Positions 49,484 to 59,181 of a DNA stretch of 64,000 nt are shown piece by piece. The notes under the pieces were generated by a model. That model made no database searches. It saw only the letters and a list, made by a program, of their open reading frames with translations, and was not told the DNA's origin. The translations under genes were made by a program, and so were the position numbers. The DNA lies in assembly GCA_964511305.1 (NCBI GenBank), contig CAZEEU010000001.1, positions 127,214 to 191,213 on the forward strand, read 5' to 3'. Source of the stretch: an uncultured Gammaproteobacteria bacterium. Its GTDB lineage: Bacteria > Patescibacteriota > Microgenomatia > Levybacterales > GWA1-39-11. How positions within the stretch are numbered: the first letter of the stretch is position 1; each line of letters begins with the position of its first letter.

Positions 49484-50197
49484 TCATATCCTTTTATTGA
49501 GGATGTCAAACCACAAAATAAAACTTTCAAGTACTGCACGGACGACTACAGCTATATTTGCTCCGCTTTGAGCGCCATATTCACGAGGAAAGTGATTAAC
49601 TTCAACTTCTTTTATCTTCAACTTTTTCCTTGTTGCTTTTGCGAGTATTTCAGTTGTAATCATAGCCCCTTCAGAACGCAACGGCATAATTTGCAAAAGG
49701 GCTTCACGCTTGAACATTTTAAATCCACAGTCGATATCTTTAAAATAAAATCTGAAAAAAATGTAATCCCAAATCTTCAACATGTGCATAAGCATATGTC
49801 TGGACATACTGTCGCGTCTCTTTTTTCTAAAACCTATAACAATATCAGAGCCGGGAAGAGCCGCAATAAGTTTTTTAACCTCCGCGAAATCAAATTGTCT
49901 ATCACCATCCGTGAATACAACATACTTATATTTTGCATTTTCAAAGCCTTCCTTAAGAGCTGCCCCATACCCTCTATTTGGGGTGTGGCTGATAACACGC
50001 ACGTTCTTATATTTTTTTGAAAGCTCGAGGCCAATTTGATACGTCTTGTCTGATGAACCATCATCAATAATAAGAATTTCCCAATTTGTAGCAACTTCTT
50101 TAATAATCGGCATGGCATTCTCTACCACATGCTTTACGTTTTTTTCCTCGTTCCAAAAGGGGAAGAATACTGAGAGCTCAGGAAGTTTTTTTTCCAT
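49484..50197 (-). CDS. GT2, polyprenol-phosphate glycosyltransferase-like
   Basis: PFWNEE, DDGSSD, NRGYGAAL, TDGDRQFD, DIDCGFK. Confidence 0.88.
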   Translation of the reverse strand: MEKKLPELSVFFPFWNEEKNVKHVVENAMPIIKEVATNWEILIIDDGSSDKTYQIGLELSKKYKNVRVISHTPNRGYGAALKEGFENAKYKYVVFTDGDRQFDFAEVKKLIAALPGSDIVIGFRKKRRDSMSRHMLMHMLKIWDYIFFRFYFKDIDCGFKMFKREALLQIMPLRSEGAMITTEILAKATRKKLKIKEVEVNHFPREYGAQSGANIAVVVRAVLESFILWFDILNKRI

Positions 50198-51872
50198 ACG
50201 ATTTAGGTAACATTATACCAAGTAATATAGCAAAAAAAGCAAGTATTGATAGCACATTTCCGACCTTTTCTATGGTGGTTTGTCTGAAAGAAATATCTAT
50301 AATACCCTCCCCTTTTTGGACATTTATATCCATGCCGCGAGGAGCTTGGGTAATTATCCCAGTCTTACCATTTATAGTAGCGTACCATGCAGGAAAGAAA
50401 GCCTGATTGATATGTAAAATTCCATTGGTTAAAAATTTATATTTAATCTGGGTCCCCATTGTCTTCTTTGGAACCTCGGCAATGTATCCCGTGCCAACTA
50501 GTATCTCAAGTTTGGAAGAAGGAAGATCTTCGATGTTTTTTGGTTTGTTAAAGTCCTTTGGCATATATTCATCAGATATTTTTGAGGCAGTATATCGAAT
50601 ATAACTTTGATTTGTATAATATGAAGAATCAAAACTCGTATACTCTTGGGGATTAAATAGCTTCAAATTTAAGAGGATAGTCAAACAACAAATAGCAACA
50701 ACTACTAGAAGTCTTATATTCTGTGAACTTTTAACTACTATATAGGTTGTTCCATACCCTGAAATAATTGCTATTGCCAACGCTATAAAATTTATAAATC
50801 TCCACGGATACTGAATATACGCCATCAGCGGAAAATTTTCCCATACAGGTCCTGAAATAGATAAGCAAAAAAATGATGCAAGAGTCAAAATAACCAGAGC
50901 AACAATTGTTACCTTTTCATGTTTTTCAAATCTATGTTTTGTAAATCTATAACCTAACAGCAAAACTCCCAGCAGCAACAAAACAAGGTTTATTTTCCCT
51001 AATTTAAAACTAAGACCATCCAGACAGCCTGGCACTGATCCACCAAATCCCCACTGACTTTCCCAAAATTGAGAAATACAGACATAGTGATCCGCAAAAT
51101 AAGCGCCTCCACCAAGTTGGGACGAAACATTCGTATAACCCATCTCAAGAAAAGCTGGAATTACGTAAAATGAACTTAAAGCTATTCCCAAAACAATACC
51201 CCCAACAACAAGCAGTAGAAATCTTTTTTTATCTTGAGCAAAAAAAGTCATTGCTATAATTACAAATGGCAGAATTATAAAAAGCATGAGCAATGTGAGA
51301 TTGTGAGAAATTGCTACAAGAAAAATACCAAACGCAAGAACAAAAATTGCTGGAAACGAACGGAAAAAAGATTTACTTTTCTCAGAAAAGAGCATAAAAA
51401 GACCTAAAAGAATCATAGGCAGGAATGCATACGCAAATATCTCTCCAACTGCCCCTCTAACATATAGATTAAGCGCATGATAAGGAAAATAAGCATAAAC
51501 AATTGCACTTACAACACCTGCTGAATTCCCGAATAGTTTTCTACTCAATAAAAACATCGTAATTGGGGCCGCAAGCATTCCCGCAATAAGCATCACTTTC
51601 GTTGCAAAAAGAGAATCAAATCCAATTAGATTAATTAAGCCCCCAAAATAATAAGGAAAAGGTCCGTAAAAATTGAAGATTGGGTATCCATATCCATAAC
51701 CAAGATTTTCAACCCATCTTACCGGAAACATTCCGTGCAAAAGCGAGTTAGACATTTCATAGACTCGCACAACAGTAGTGTTATCGTGAAATGTAAAAAA
51801 ACCTGACTGAAATAACGGAAGGATAGTACCCAACGATAGCAAAATTACTCCGATTATTATTAGTTTTTTCAT
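50178..51872 (-). CDS. 'PTPS-related domain' GT-C membrane protein
   Basis: FHD, PVRW..LGYGYGYP, YVRGAVGE, QYPWRF, FFPAW. Confidence 0.82.
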   Translation of the reverse strand: MKKLIIIGVILLSLGTILPLFQSGFFTFHDNTTVVRVYEMSNSLLHGMFPVRWVENLGYGYGYPIFNFYGPFPYYFGGLINLIGFDSLFATKVMLIAGMLAAPITMFLLSRKLFGNSAGVVSAIVYAYFPYHALNLYVRGAVGEIFAYAFLPMILLGLFMLFSEKSKSFFRSFPAIFVLAFGIFLVAISHNLTLLMLFIILPFVIIAMTFFAQDKKRFLLLVVGGIVLGIALSSFYVIPAFLEMGYTNVSSQLGGGAYFADHYVCISQFWESQWGFGGSVPGCLDGLSFKLGKINLVLLLLGVLLLGYRFTKHRFEKHEKVTIVALVILTLASFFCLSISGPVWENFPLMAYIQYPWRFINFIALAIAIISGYGTTYIVVKSSQNIRLLVVVAICCLTILLNLKLFNPQEYTSFDSSYYTNQSYIRYTASKISDEYMPKDFNKPKNIEDLPSSKLEILVGTGYIAEVPKKTMGTQIKYKFLTNGILHINQAFFPAWYATINGKTGIITQAPRGMDINVQKGEGIIDISFRQTTIEKVGNVLSILAFFAILLGIMLPKSYGKKTS

Positions 51873-51878
51873 GATAAT

Positions 51879-53534
51879 TTACCTGAATTTCAAAAGAGGC
51901 CTTAAAAGCACAAACAATAAAACTAAAAACGTTAAAATGCTAACTCCGTTAGCTATTGCTCGTGGAAATGTTTCAATGAAAAATAGTTCAACAGAATCCG
52001 CATACTTGCCTGCGCTTATAGTCATAACCCCTTGAGGATTTTGGTAATCTATTTTTGTTTCTACCCCATTTATATATGCTCTCCATCCTGGATAAAATAT
52101 TGTGTTGATTTTAAATACCGTATCGCTCGTAGCAGTAAATTTGAATTTCACTGAATTTGAATTATAAACAGTATTGGAAATTGTAGCATTCCCACTCAGC
52201 ACTTCGACTTTGTCAGTAAAATGTTTGGTTGGCCTGTCTGTTACCCAAAGCGGCATCAATTCTTGCGAGCTTGTAGTCGTTGCTTCATTTGTTAAATAAT
52301 ATTGGTCCGAATAATAACTATATTTCACTGGCCGCGCATAAGGATACACCTGCGCAACAGCAACTATTGCCATGATAAATACTATTATCTTAATTTCTCT
52401 ACCTTCTATTACTAAAAACCCAGCGAGCAGAGAAGACAAAAATCCGAGTTGTGACAATAATGTCCACGGGTAATTAATTTCGGACAGAAGTGGCGTATTG
52501 GTCCAAATAAGCGATGATATTGAGAAAGTCCCAAGAAGGCAAATTACATAACTAAAAAGAATTATTATCGCAAACTTCTTAATAGGAGTCTGTATAAATT
52601 TAGACTTTATAAATGAGAATAAAAGAATAAAAAATGAGACGATAATAACCCCAATCTGTCCCAGTCCAAGCTGATAAGTAAATGCACCTTTTTCTGTCGG
52701 TGTACCATAGTCCCAAGACGGAATGATTAATTTATCAAATGGTACAAAATAGAGATTTCTGTCAGCAATAGGAATTTTTGAAAGTAAAATATTACTTTTT
52801 TCGTACAAAGCCGGGAACCAAAAAAAGAAAGAGAGCCCTGCTCCAAAAAATAAACACAATAAAAAAGTCTGCAGTACGTCAAATCTTTTTTCTATAAATA
52901 TTCGAATACCAATAAATAAAACAAGAACAGGCAGGAAGAGGATGGTCATAATATTATGAGTCATGACCAAAGCACCAATACTAACTGACAACATAAGGAC
53001 TGTAATTCGGGAGAAAGGGGACTCAAATAATCGTAAGGCAAAAAGTAATATGAACGGAAATAAAATCATAGCAATACTCTCCCCCACCGACCCTCTAACA
53101 TACAAATCTACCATTCTATAGGGTAGATATATGTAAAGAATAGAAGATACAATTCCCGACCATTTATTACTCCATAACTTACTGGATGCTAAATACATAA
53201 AGACAGAAGATAGCAGAACACTAAGTATAAAAAGTAATTTAATACTTAATATAAAACTATGAAGAAAAAGATTAAAAATAACGCCAATATAATAAGGCAT
53301 CGGATATGCGAAATTAAAAAGAGGATATCCATATCCAAAATTTAAAGCGCCGCTGTAACGAGGTGGGAACTGCATGTCTCGTAGGGTTCTGAACATATCG
53401 CCAAGCCTAACAACGGCCCACTCCCCATCGTGTGTTGGAAAATATCCTGAATTAAAATATGGAAGAATAACCGGCACGCAGAGAAGAAGAATTATTAAAA
53501 AAGGTAATGTCTGGAATAATAACTTTTTCAACAT
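51879..53534 (-). CDS. 'PTPS-related domain' GT-C membrane protein
   Basis: THDGEW, LNFGYGYP, YVRGSVGE, NYPWTL, FYPGW. Confidence 0.82.
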   Translation of the reverse strand: MLKKLLFQTLPFLIILLLCVPVILPYFNSGYFPTHDGEWAVVRLGDMFRTLRDMQFPPRYSGALNFGYGYPLFNFAYPMPYYIGVIFNLFLHSFILSIKLLFILSVLLSSVFMYLASSKLWSNKWSGIVSSILYIYLPYRMVDLYVRGSVGESIAMILFPFILLFALRLFESPFSRITVLMLSVSIGALVMTHNIMTILFLPVLVLFIGIRIFIEKRFDVLQTFLLCLFFGAGLSFFFWFPALYEKSNILLSKIPIADRNLYFVPFDKLIIPSWDYGTPTEKGAFTYQLGLGQIGVIIVSFFILLFSFIKSKFIQTPIKKFAIIILFSYVICLLGTFSISSLIWTNTPLLSEINYPWTLLSQLGFLSSLLAGFLVIEGREIKIIVFIMAIVAVAQVYPYARPVKYSYYSDQYYLTNEATTTSSQELMPLWVTDRPTKHFTDKVEVLSGNATISNTVYNSNSVKFKFTATSDTVFKINTIFYPGWRAYINGVETKIDYQNPQGVMTISAGKYADSVELFFIETFPRAIANGVSILTFLVLLFVLLRPLLKFR

Positions 53535-53535
53535 A

Positions 53536-55170
53536 TTAATTTCCTACAATTCTATATGCAATTCTTCCATCCGGAAAGCGAATCTCTCTTAGCGGGGCCG
53601 CTACCGGAATTTCTTGCTCAGTGCCAATAAGCAACGTTTTTGGCAGCTTTTCATCACTTATAAAGTTAATATTTCTAAATTCATACTTACCTATTTTTCT
53701 AGAGAAGCGATCGACCTGACCATTTCCGTTTGTATCCCAATTTTTTTGATACCACGAGGGATCTATCTTGTTATAGAAAAGATAGTAAATATAAGGCTGA
53801 TCATATATATATGTCATAATTACTCTGTCATAGTTATCTTCAAGCCCATGAGCAGCAATAATAACTTCCTTATTTCCGTATTGCCAAAAGTAGCCTACTT
53901 CTCGAGGTGTAACTGAATAATATTGATTCAAATAATAGGTAAAATTAATTGCAAAAATTAGAAATCCAAAACTAATCGCAATAGCCCTGTAATTGGCCTT
54001 CTTAATCTTATTGATTATTCCGTAAAGAGATGCAGCTCCATTTGCCACTAAAAATATAAGACCAGGTACCATTCCGATTGCTCTTACTCCATGAGGTGTA
54101 CCAGTAGTTACTGCTGCTGGCAGTGGTGCAATTATCAAAAGGGCTAGCATTGCAATTATCTTTTTTGAGGGGTTCTTAAATACTGAAATAAGACCCCAAA
54201 TCAAAAGAGGCAATTCAAAAAGATACATCATGCCCATGTCTTTTGCATGGTGATGCAGGCTTCCAGCACCTATGGTAAATAGATAATTGAAATCAAAATG
54301 TGTTAGATAATTCTTTTCAGCCGTGTATAGGTAATAAAATCTTCTATTATGAAATACTTGCCCAATAACATTCCCAGTGCTCTTGTCATTCTGCAATTGT
54401 GCAAGTTGATTTTGCAATCCTTCTGATTCTCCAAAAATTGAAACCATAGAAAGTCGTGCTTTGGAACCCTCAGGATTTAAGAAGCCTATATATATAGGTA
54501 GAGAGAATATAAAAATTATTAGTGCAGAGATAATAAGCTGTTTTTTGTAGACAAGTAGTTTTTTTATAAACAAACTTATTAATACCAGAAGAAAAATAGG
54601 AACTACCAATCTAAAACTGTGGTAAGAATACAAGCAGATTACAAATGATATCGAAGAAAGTACAAGGTACCACCTACTTTCTAGTCCTTTAATAAATAGA
54701 TAAAAGGCAAGTAAAAGAAAGAACAATCCCACATTCCCCTCATATGCTGCTCTAGAAAATTGAAGATGCCAGGGTGATATAGAAAGAAAAAAAGCTGAAA
54801 ATAGAGCTACTATCAGTCCTAACTTATGATCTTCTTTATCAAAAAGTTTTTTTACCAAATAGAACATCACAATTACAGATAAAAATCCGAAAAGGGCTGA
54901 GGGAAAACGGACCGCAAATTCAGTAAGTCCGAAAATAGCAACTGGCAAGACATCTAAGTAAATATATACTGGGGGCTTGTAGTCATCAAATGAGCGAAAC
55001 TCTATCGGAAAAGAAGTTCCGTATTCGTCTTTTCCGGTTTTTAATATTGAATATGCATTGTACCCGATGCTTGTTTCGTCCCAATTAAGACTTGGAGGGT
55101 TTTGTCCTAACATGAAAAATCTGAGAATAAATGCAAGGACAACAATCCCTATAAGGTATTTGCTTTTCAC
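53536..55170 (-). CDS. ArnT/PMT-like GT-C (DE-x3-GYNA subfamily), GTG start
   Basis: WDETSIGYNAYSILKTGKDEYG, DDYKPPVY, SPWHLQFSRAAYE. Confidence 0.85.
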   Translation of the reverse strand: MKSKYLIGIVVLAFILRFFMLGQNPPSLNWDETSIGYNAYSILKTGKDEYGTSFPIEFRSFDDYKPPVYIYLDVLPVAIFGLTEFAVRFPSALFGFLSVIVMFYLVKKLFDKEDHKLGLIVALFSAFFLSISPWHLQFSRAAYEGNVGLFFLLLAFYLFIKGLESRWYLVLSSISFVICLYSYHSFRLVVPIFLLVLISLFIKKLLVYKKQLIISALIIFIFSLPIYIGFLNPEGSKARLSMVSIFGESEGLQNQLAQLQNDKSTGNVIGQVFHNRRFYYLYTAEKNYLTHFDFNYLFTIGAGSLHHHAKDMGMMYLFELPLLIWGLISVFKNPSKKIIAMLALLIIAPLPAAVTTGTPHGVRAIGMVPGLIFLVANGAASLYGIINKIKKANYRAIAISFGFLIFAINFTYYLNQYYSVTPREVGYFWQYGNKEVIIAAHGLEDNYDRVIMTYIYDQPYIYYLFYNKIDPSWYQKNWDTNGNGQVDRFSRKIGKYEFRNINFISDEKLPKTLLIGTEQEIPVAAPLREIRFPDGRIAYRIVGN

Positions 55171-55214
55171 TAGTTTATTGTAGCTTTTTTATTCGTTTTG
55201 GTATAGTAGTTATA
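55171..55214. promoter_or_regulatory. 44-bp bidirectional promoter region with two candidate leaderless starts
   Basis: Minus: TACAAT (55177-55182), 6 nt, GTG. Plus: TGGTATAGT (55199-55207), 7 nt, ATG. Confidence 0.6.
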
Positions 55215-56864
55215 ATGAAAAAAATTAAACCCTACCTGGCAATTATCCTCCTATCCCTTCCTCCATTAATTTACATTTTTCTGAATCCAAATTTACCACA
55301 TACCAGTGATGGACTCATGCATGTGGCAAGGTCTGCTGCGTATCTCAACGAGATCCAGGCTGGTCAGTTCCCCATAAGATGGGCGCATCAATTTGATTAT
55401 GGCTATGGCACTCCAATCTTTAACTTTTTCAATCCTTTGCCATATGCTTTTGGGGCTCTTCTGCTCTCTATCGGAATAAATCTTGCAACAACTCTTAAAA
55501 TAGGTTTTGTTGTAACACAGCTTCTTTCCGGAATTTTTATCCTTCTTTTTGCAAGAACATTTTTTAAAAATTCCAAGACGGCGTTTTTAGTTGCTGTCAT
55601 GTATCAATATGTACCTTTTAGACTCGTTGAGATGCATACACGTGGCGACATAGGATGCTTATACTCGTACATGACTTTTCCATTACTAATGTATGCAATA
55701 ACGGTTTTTTTGAAAAAAAATACAATACCCGGATTTTTACTCTTAGGTCTAGCGTCGGCTTTACTACCTTTAGGGCACAATATTAATGGGTTTGTTTTCT
55801 TCTGTCTCGGCTCTTTATACGTACTATTTGCTACAAAAGACGTCAAAAAAATTCTTGTAACTTTTTTGGCAATGGGATTTGGATTACTTTCTATTTCGTA
55901 TTTCTTGCTCCCAGCCCTTACAGAGCTTAAGTACCTCAATGGCTACATATTCAGTAAGCACCTGTTCTATATGCATTTTCCGGCAATTTACAAATTGCTA
56001 CTTCCGAATATCACAAATAACCCCTCTTTAAGAGTTGCTGAAGTATCTGTTCAGGTTGGATTATTTAATGTAGCTTCCCTCATTGGCTTTATATACCTTT
56101 TTGCTAAAAAAAGAATCGCAAAGGAAAATTGGAAAATGAGCTCCTATCTTCTTGTTGTAGGACTTCTCACTTTTCTTATAATGCTCCCAATAACAAAACC
56201 TCTCTGGGAACATATTGAGTACCTCAGGCAATTTCAATTTCCTTGGCGCTTTCTAGGAATACTGATTTTTGTAACTCCAATGGCCGGCGGAATAGTATTT
56301 GAAAAATTAGATTTTATAAAAAAGTCCAATATAAAATATTACGTACTTTTGGCTCTTATTATACTAAGCACTGTTTTTTATTGGGGCCCATATCAAGGCT
56401 TTCAGAAGATTGACGAGAACTACTATAGGAATTTTCCGGGATCGACAAACTACTTTGCTGAGGTAAATACGATATGGATGGAAAAGGAACCACAAGAGTA
56501 TCCCAAAAAACGTGTTGAAATTGCAGCAGGGAATGCACAAATTTCAAATATAACTATATTACCAGAACGACATACATATACTGTTTTGTCAAAAGAGGAA
56601 AGTACAGTTATCGACAAGACGTACTTTTATCCAGGGTGGAAAGCGTACGTGAATGGGATCGATACTCCAATAGAGTTTCAGGATGCAAACTATAGAGGGC
56701 AGATCACTTTCAAAGTTCCAACAGGCAACAACAATGTAGTTGTTGCTTTTGAACAAAACAAAATAATGAAGACCGGAAATATAATAACACTAACTTCTAT
56801 TGCCTCTGTTATATTAATGCTAGGATATTACTTCATCAAAAAATATGGCAAAAGGAAAAAATGA
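55215..56864 (+). CDS. 'PTPS-related domain' GT-C membrane protein
   Basis: TSDGLMHVAR, PIRW..DYGYGTP, QFQFPWRF, FYPGWKA. Confidence 0.82.
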   Translation: MKKIKPYLAIILLSLPPLIYIFLNPNLPHTSDGLMHVARSAAYLNEIQAGQFPIRWAHQFDYGYGTPIFNFFNPLPYAFGALLLSIGINLATTLKIGFVVTQLLSGIFILLFARTFFKNSKTAFLVAVMYQYVPFRLVEMHTRGDIGCLYSYMTFPLLMYAITVFLKKNTIPGFLLLGLASALLPLGHNINGFVFFCLGSLYVLFATKDVKKILVTFLAMGFGLLSISYFLLPALTELKYLNGYIFSKHLFYMHFPAIYKLLLPNITNNPSLRVAEVSVQVGLFNVASLIGFIYLFAKKRIAKENWKMSSYLLVVGLLTFLIMLPITKPLWEHIEYLRQFQFPWRFLGILIFVTPMAGGIVFEKLDFIKKSNIKYYVLLALIILSTVFYWGPYQGFQKIDENYYRNFPGSTNYFAEVNTIWMEKEPQEYPKKRVEIAAGNAQISNITILPERHTYTVLSKEESTVIDKTYFYPGWKAYVNGIDTPIEFQDANYRGQITFKVPTGNNNVVVAFEQNKIMKTGNIITLTSIASVILMLGYYFIKKYGKRKK

Positions 56865-59181
56865 TCTCTTGATTCGTTTTGCAAAAACAAAAAACAATCT
56901 CTTTCTTGTCATTGCAGTTATTCTAACGGTATTATTTTTTTATCCCGTATTTTTGAAAGGATATACTCCATTTCCTGGCGACCTACTTCTTGCAGAATAT
57001 CAACCATGGAGGTCATATTCGTATGGTGGGATGAATCCAGGGGCGGTACCAAATAAAGCTCAGTACTTTGACTCAATACGCCAAATTTATCCATGGAAGA
57101 CGGAGGTTATTAGTCAAATAAAAAATGGTTCTTTTCCATTATGGAATCCTTATAATTTTAGTGGCGCCCCATTATTTGCAAATTTCCAATCTGCCGTCTT
57201 ATATCCATTAAATGTAGTTTATTTCTTTCTTCCGCAACACGCAGGCTGGAGCTTGCTAGTAATGATACAACCTCTCTTTTCCTTCCTAATGCTTTTTCTC
57301 TTCGCAAGAAAAATGGACATATCAAAAATAGGAAGTGTATTTGCTTCCATTGGATATGCATTCTCACTCTACATGACAACTTTTCTTGAGTACAATACCA
57401 TTGGTCACTTCCTCTACTTATTACCATTAAGCCTATTGCTCTTTGAATATTGCCTAGATGGAAAAAAATTGGCACTGCCTGCTCTTTCATTTATAATCGC
57501 CTCTACTCTTTTCGCAGGACACCTTCAACTTTTTGGAGGAAATCTTATGTTCTTAATTTTGTATATGGCTATAAGATTCGCACATACCCGAAAGAGCAAA
57601 ACCTTAAATTTGAAGATTCTATTTTTTGTAATTCTTGGGATTGGAATAGGGTGCATTCAACTCATACCAGGCATCGAGTTAATTTCTAACTCCGCAAGAA
57701 ACGCTCACAGTACTGAATTCTTTTACGATAATCTACTAATTCGGCCTGATCAGATTATTCTCTATTTAACTCCGGATATTTTTGGCAATCCAGCCGTTAA
57801 GAATTATCTTTTGCCCTTCTCCTACCCTTCAAAAGCCCTTTACGTCGGGATTACTACGATCGTACTATTTGCATTTGGTTTACTCTCAAAAAAAGGTCCG
57901 CTTCTCACAGCTGTCTCTATTTGCTCTCTTATTTTTGCCCTTTTAGTGTTCTTAAATCCGGTTTCTTTTCTTCTTTACAAACTTAATCTTCCAATCATTT
58001 CATCAAGCAGTCCGTCAAATTATATTTACCTTGTATCGATTGGTATTTGCTTAATTGCTGGCAGTGGATACGATTCTTTCGTTAAAGCAAATCTAAAAAA
58101 AGTAATTATTATTCTTTGTATTTTCCTTACATTTGTTGTTGGAATATATACTGCAACTACTTTTTTTCATATACCCATAATTAAAAATGGACTTATTCTA
58201 TCAATTGGAATATTTTTAGCCTCATCTTTCGCCTTTTTACTGATAAGAATTATCAAACTTCAAAAAATTGGAATCACGTTATCATTGCTAATACTTACTT
58301 TAGATTTATTCTATTTCTTTCATAAATTTAATTCATTCGTACCCTCTTCGTATATATATCCTTCAACTGCTATTAATACATGGATCAAAAAAAATGCACA
58401 ACTTGATAGATACTGGGGATTTAAGAGCGGACATATAGAGCCAAATTTTCAAACGCAAACTCAAACCTATTCGCTTGAAGGATATGATCCTCTTTTCCCA
58501 AAAACATATCATGACTTTGTAGCCCTTGCATCGAAAGAATCATCACGATCCGATGCTCTTTTAGATCACGATCTAACTGACACTAATTTAAAAATTCTAT
58601 CAACTACAAGCACTCGATATGTTATTGATAAATTCGAAAACGCATCGACTCAGGATACATTTCCTAGTAAGTATTTTCAGAAAGTATTAAGTCTAAACGA
58701 TTTTTCTGTTCAAGAAAACCTTAAATCAGCACCACGACTATTTCTTACAAAATCTTATTCGATTTATTCTAATCTTAAGGAATTTAAAAAAGAATTTGAA
58801 AAAAAATCGTTTGAGCCTGCTCATAGTATATTGTTAGAAAAAAATCCGTCACTTTCCAAAATTCAACTATCTGATTCAAAATTAGACATACGAACTTATT
58901 CTCCTTCTTATATAAAAGCAAATTCGATAACCAATACAGATTCTTTACTGTATTTGTCAGATACCTACTACCCTGGGTGGAACGCATATATTGATAATGT
59001 AAAAACCGAAATATATAAAGCCAATTACACTTTTCGTGCAGTAAAAGTCCCGGAAGGCACACACACAATAGACTTCAAATATGAGCCTAAATCATTTCAA
59101 TATGGATTGTGGATTTCTATTATTAGTATAATAACAGCAACAAGTTACGCCTTAAAATCACTATATGTTAAAAAAAAGTAA
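56845..59181 (+). CDS. YfhO-family GT-C membrane protein
   Basis: FDSIRQIYPWK, PLWNPYNFSGAP, AGHLQ, FGNP, GYDPLF, YYPGW, terminal TM. Confidence 0.85.
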   Translation: MAKGKNDLLIRFAKTKNNLFLVIAVILTVLFFYPVFLKGYTPFPGDLLLAEYQPWRSYSYGGMNPGAVPNKAQYFDSIRQIYPWKTEVISQIKNGSFPLWNPYNFSGAPLFANFQSAVLYPLNVVYFFLPQHAGWSLLVMIQPLFSFLMLFLFARKMDISKIGSVFASIGYAFSLYMTTFLEYNTIGHFLYLLPLSLLLFEYCLDGKKLALPALSFIIASTLFAGHLQLFGGNLMFLILYMAIRFAHTRKSKTLNLKILFFVILGIGIGCIQLIPGIELISNSARNAHSTEFFYDNLLIRPDQIILYLTPDIFGNPAVKNYLLPFSYPSKALYVGITTIVLFAFGLLSKKGPLLTAVSICSLIFALLVFLNPVSFLLYKLNLPIISSSSPSNYIYLVSIGICLIAGSGYDSFVKANLKKVIIILCIFLTFVVGIYTATTFFHIPIIKNGLILSIGIFLASSFAFLLIRIIKLQKIGITLSLLILTLDLFYFFHKFNSFVPSSYIYPSTAINTWIKKNAQLDRYWGFKSGHIEPNFQTQTQTYSLEGYDPLFPKTYHDFVALASKESSRSDALLDHDLTDTNLKILSTTSTRYVIDKFENASTQDTFPSKYFQKVLSLNDFSVQENLKSAPRLFLTKSYSIYSNLKEFKKEFEKKSFEPAHSILLEKNPSLSKIQLSDSKLDIRTYSPSYIKANSITNTDSLLYLSDTYYPGWNAYIDNVKTEIYKANYTFRAVKVPEGTHTIDFKYEPKSFQYGLWISIISIITATSYALKSLYVKKK

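Noticed and set aside
49352-50020. 222-aa plus-strand ORF and the many other short antisense or nested ORFs in the track
   Set aside because: They lie opposite or inside well-supported genes and have no recognisable motifs; treated as shadow ORFs.
44488-56864. Pterin biosynthesis from the 'PTPS-related' name
   Set aside because: These are polytopic membrane proteins with GT-C-like motifs and show no T-fold PTPS signature.
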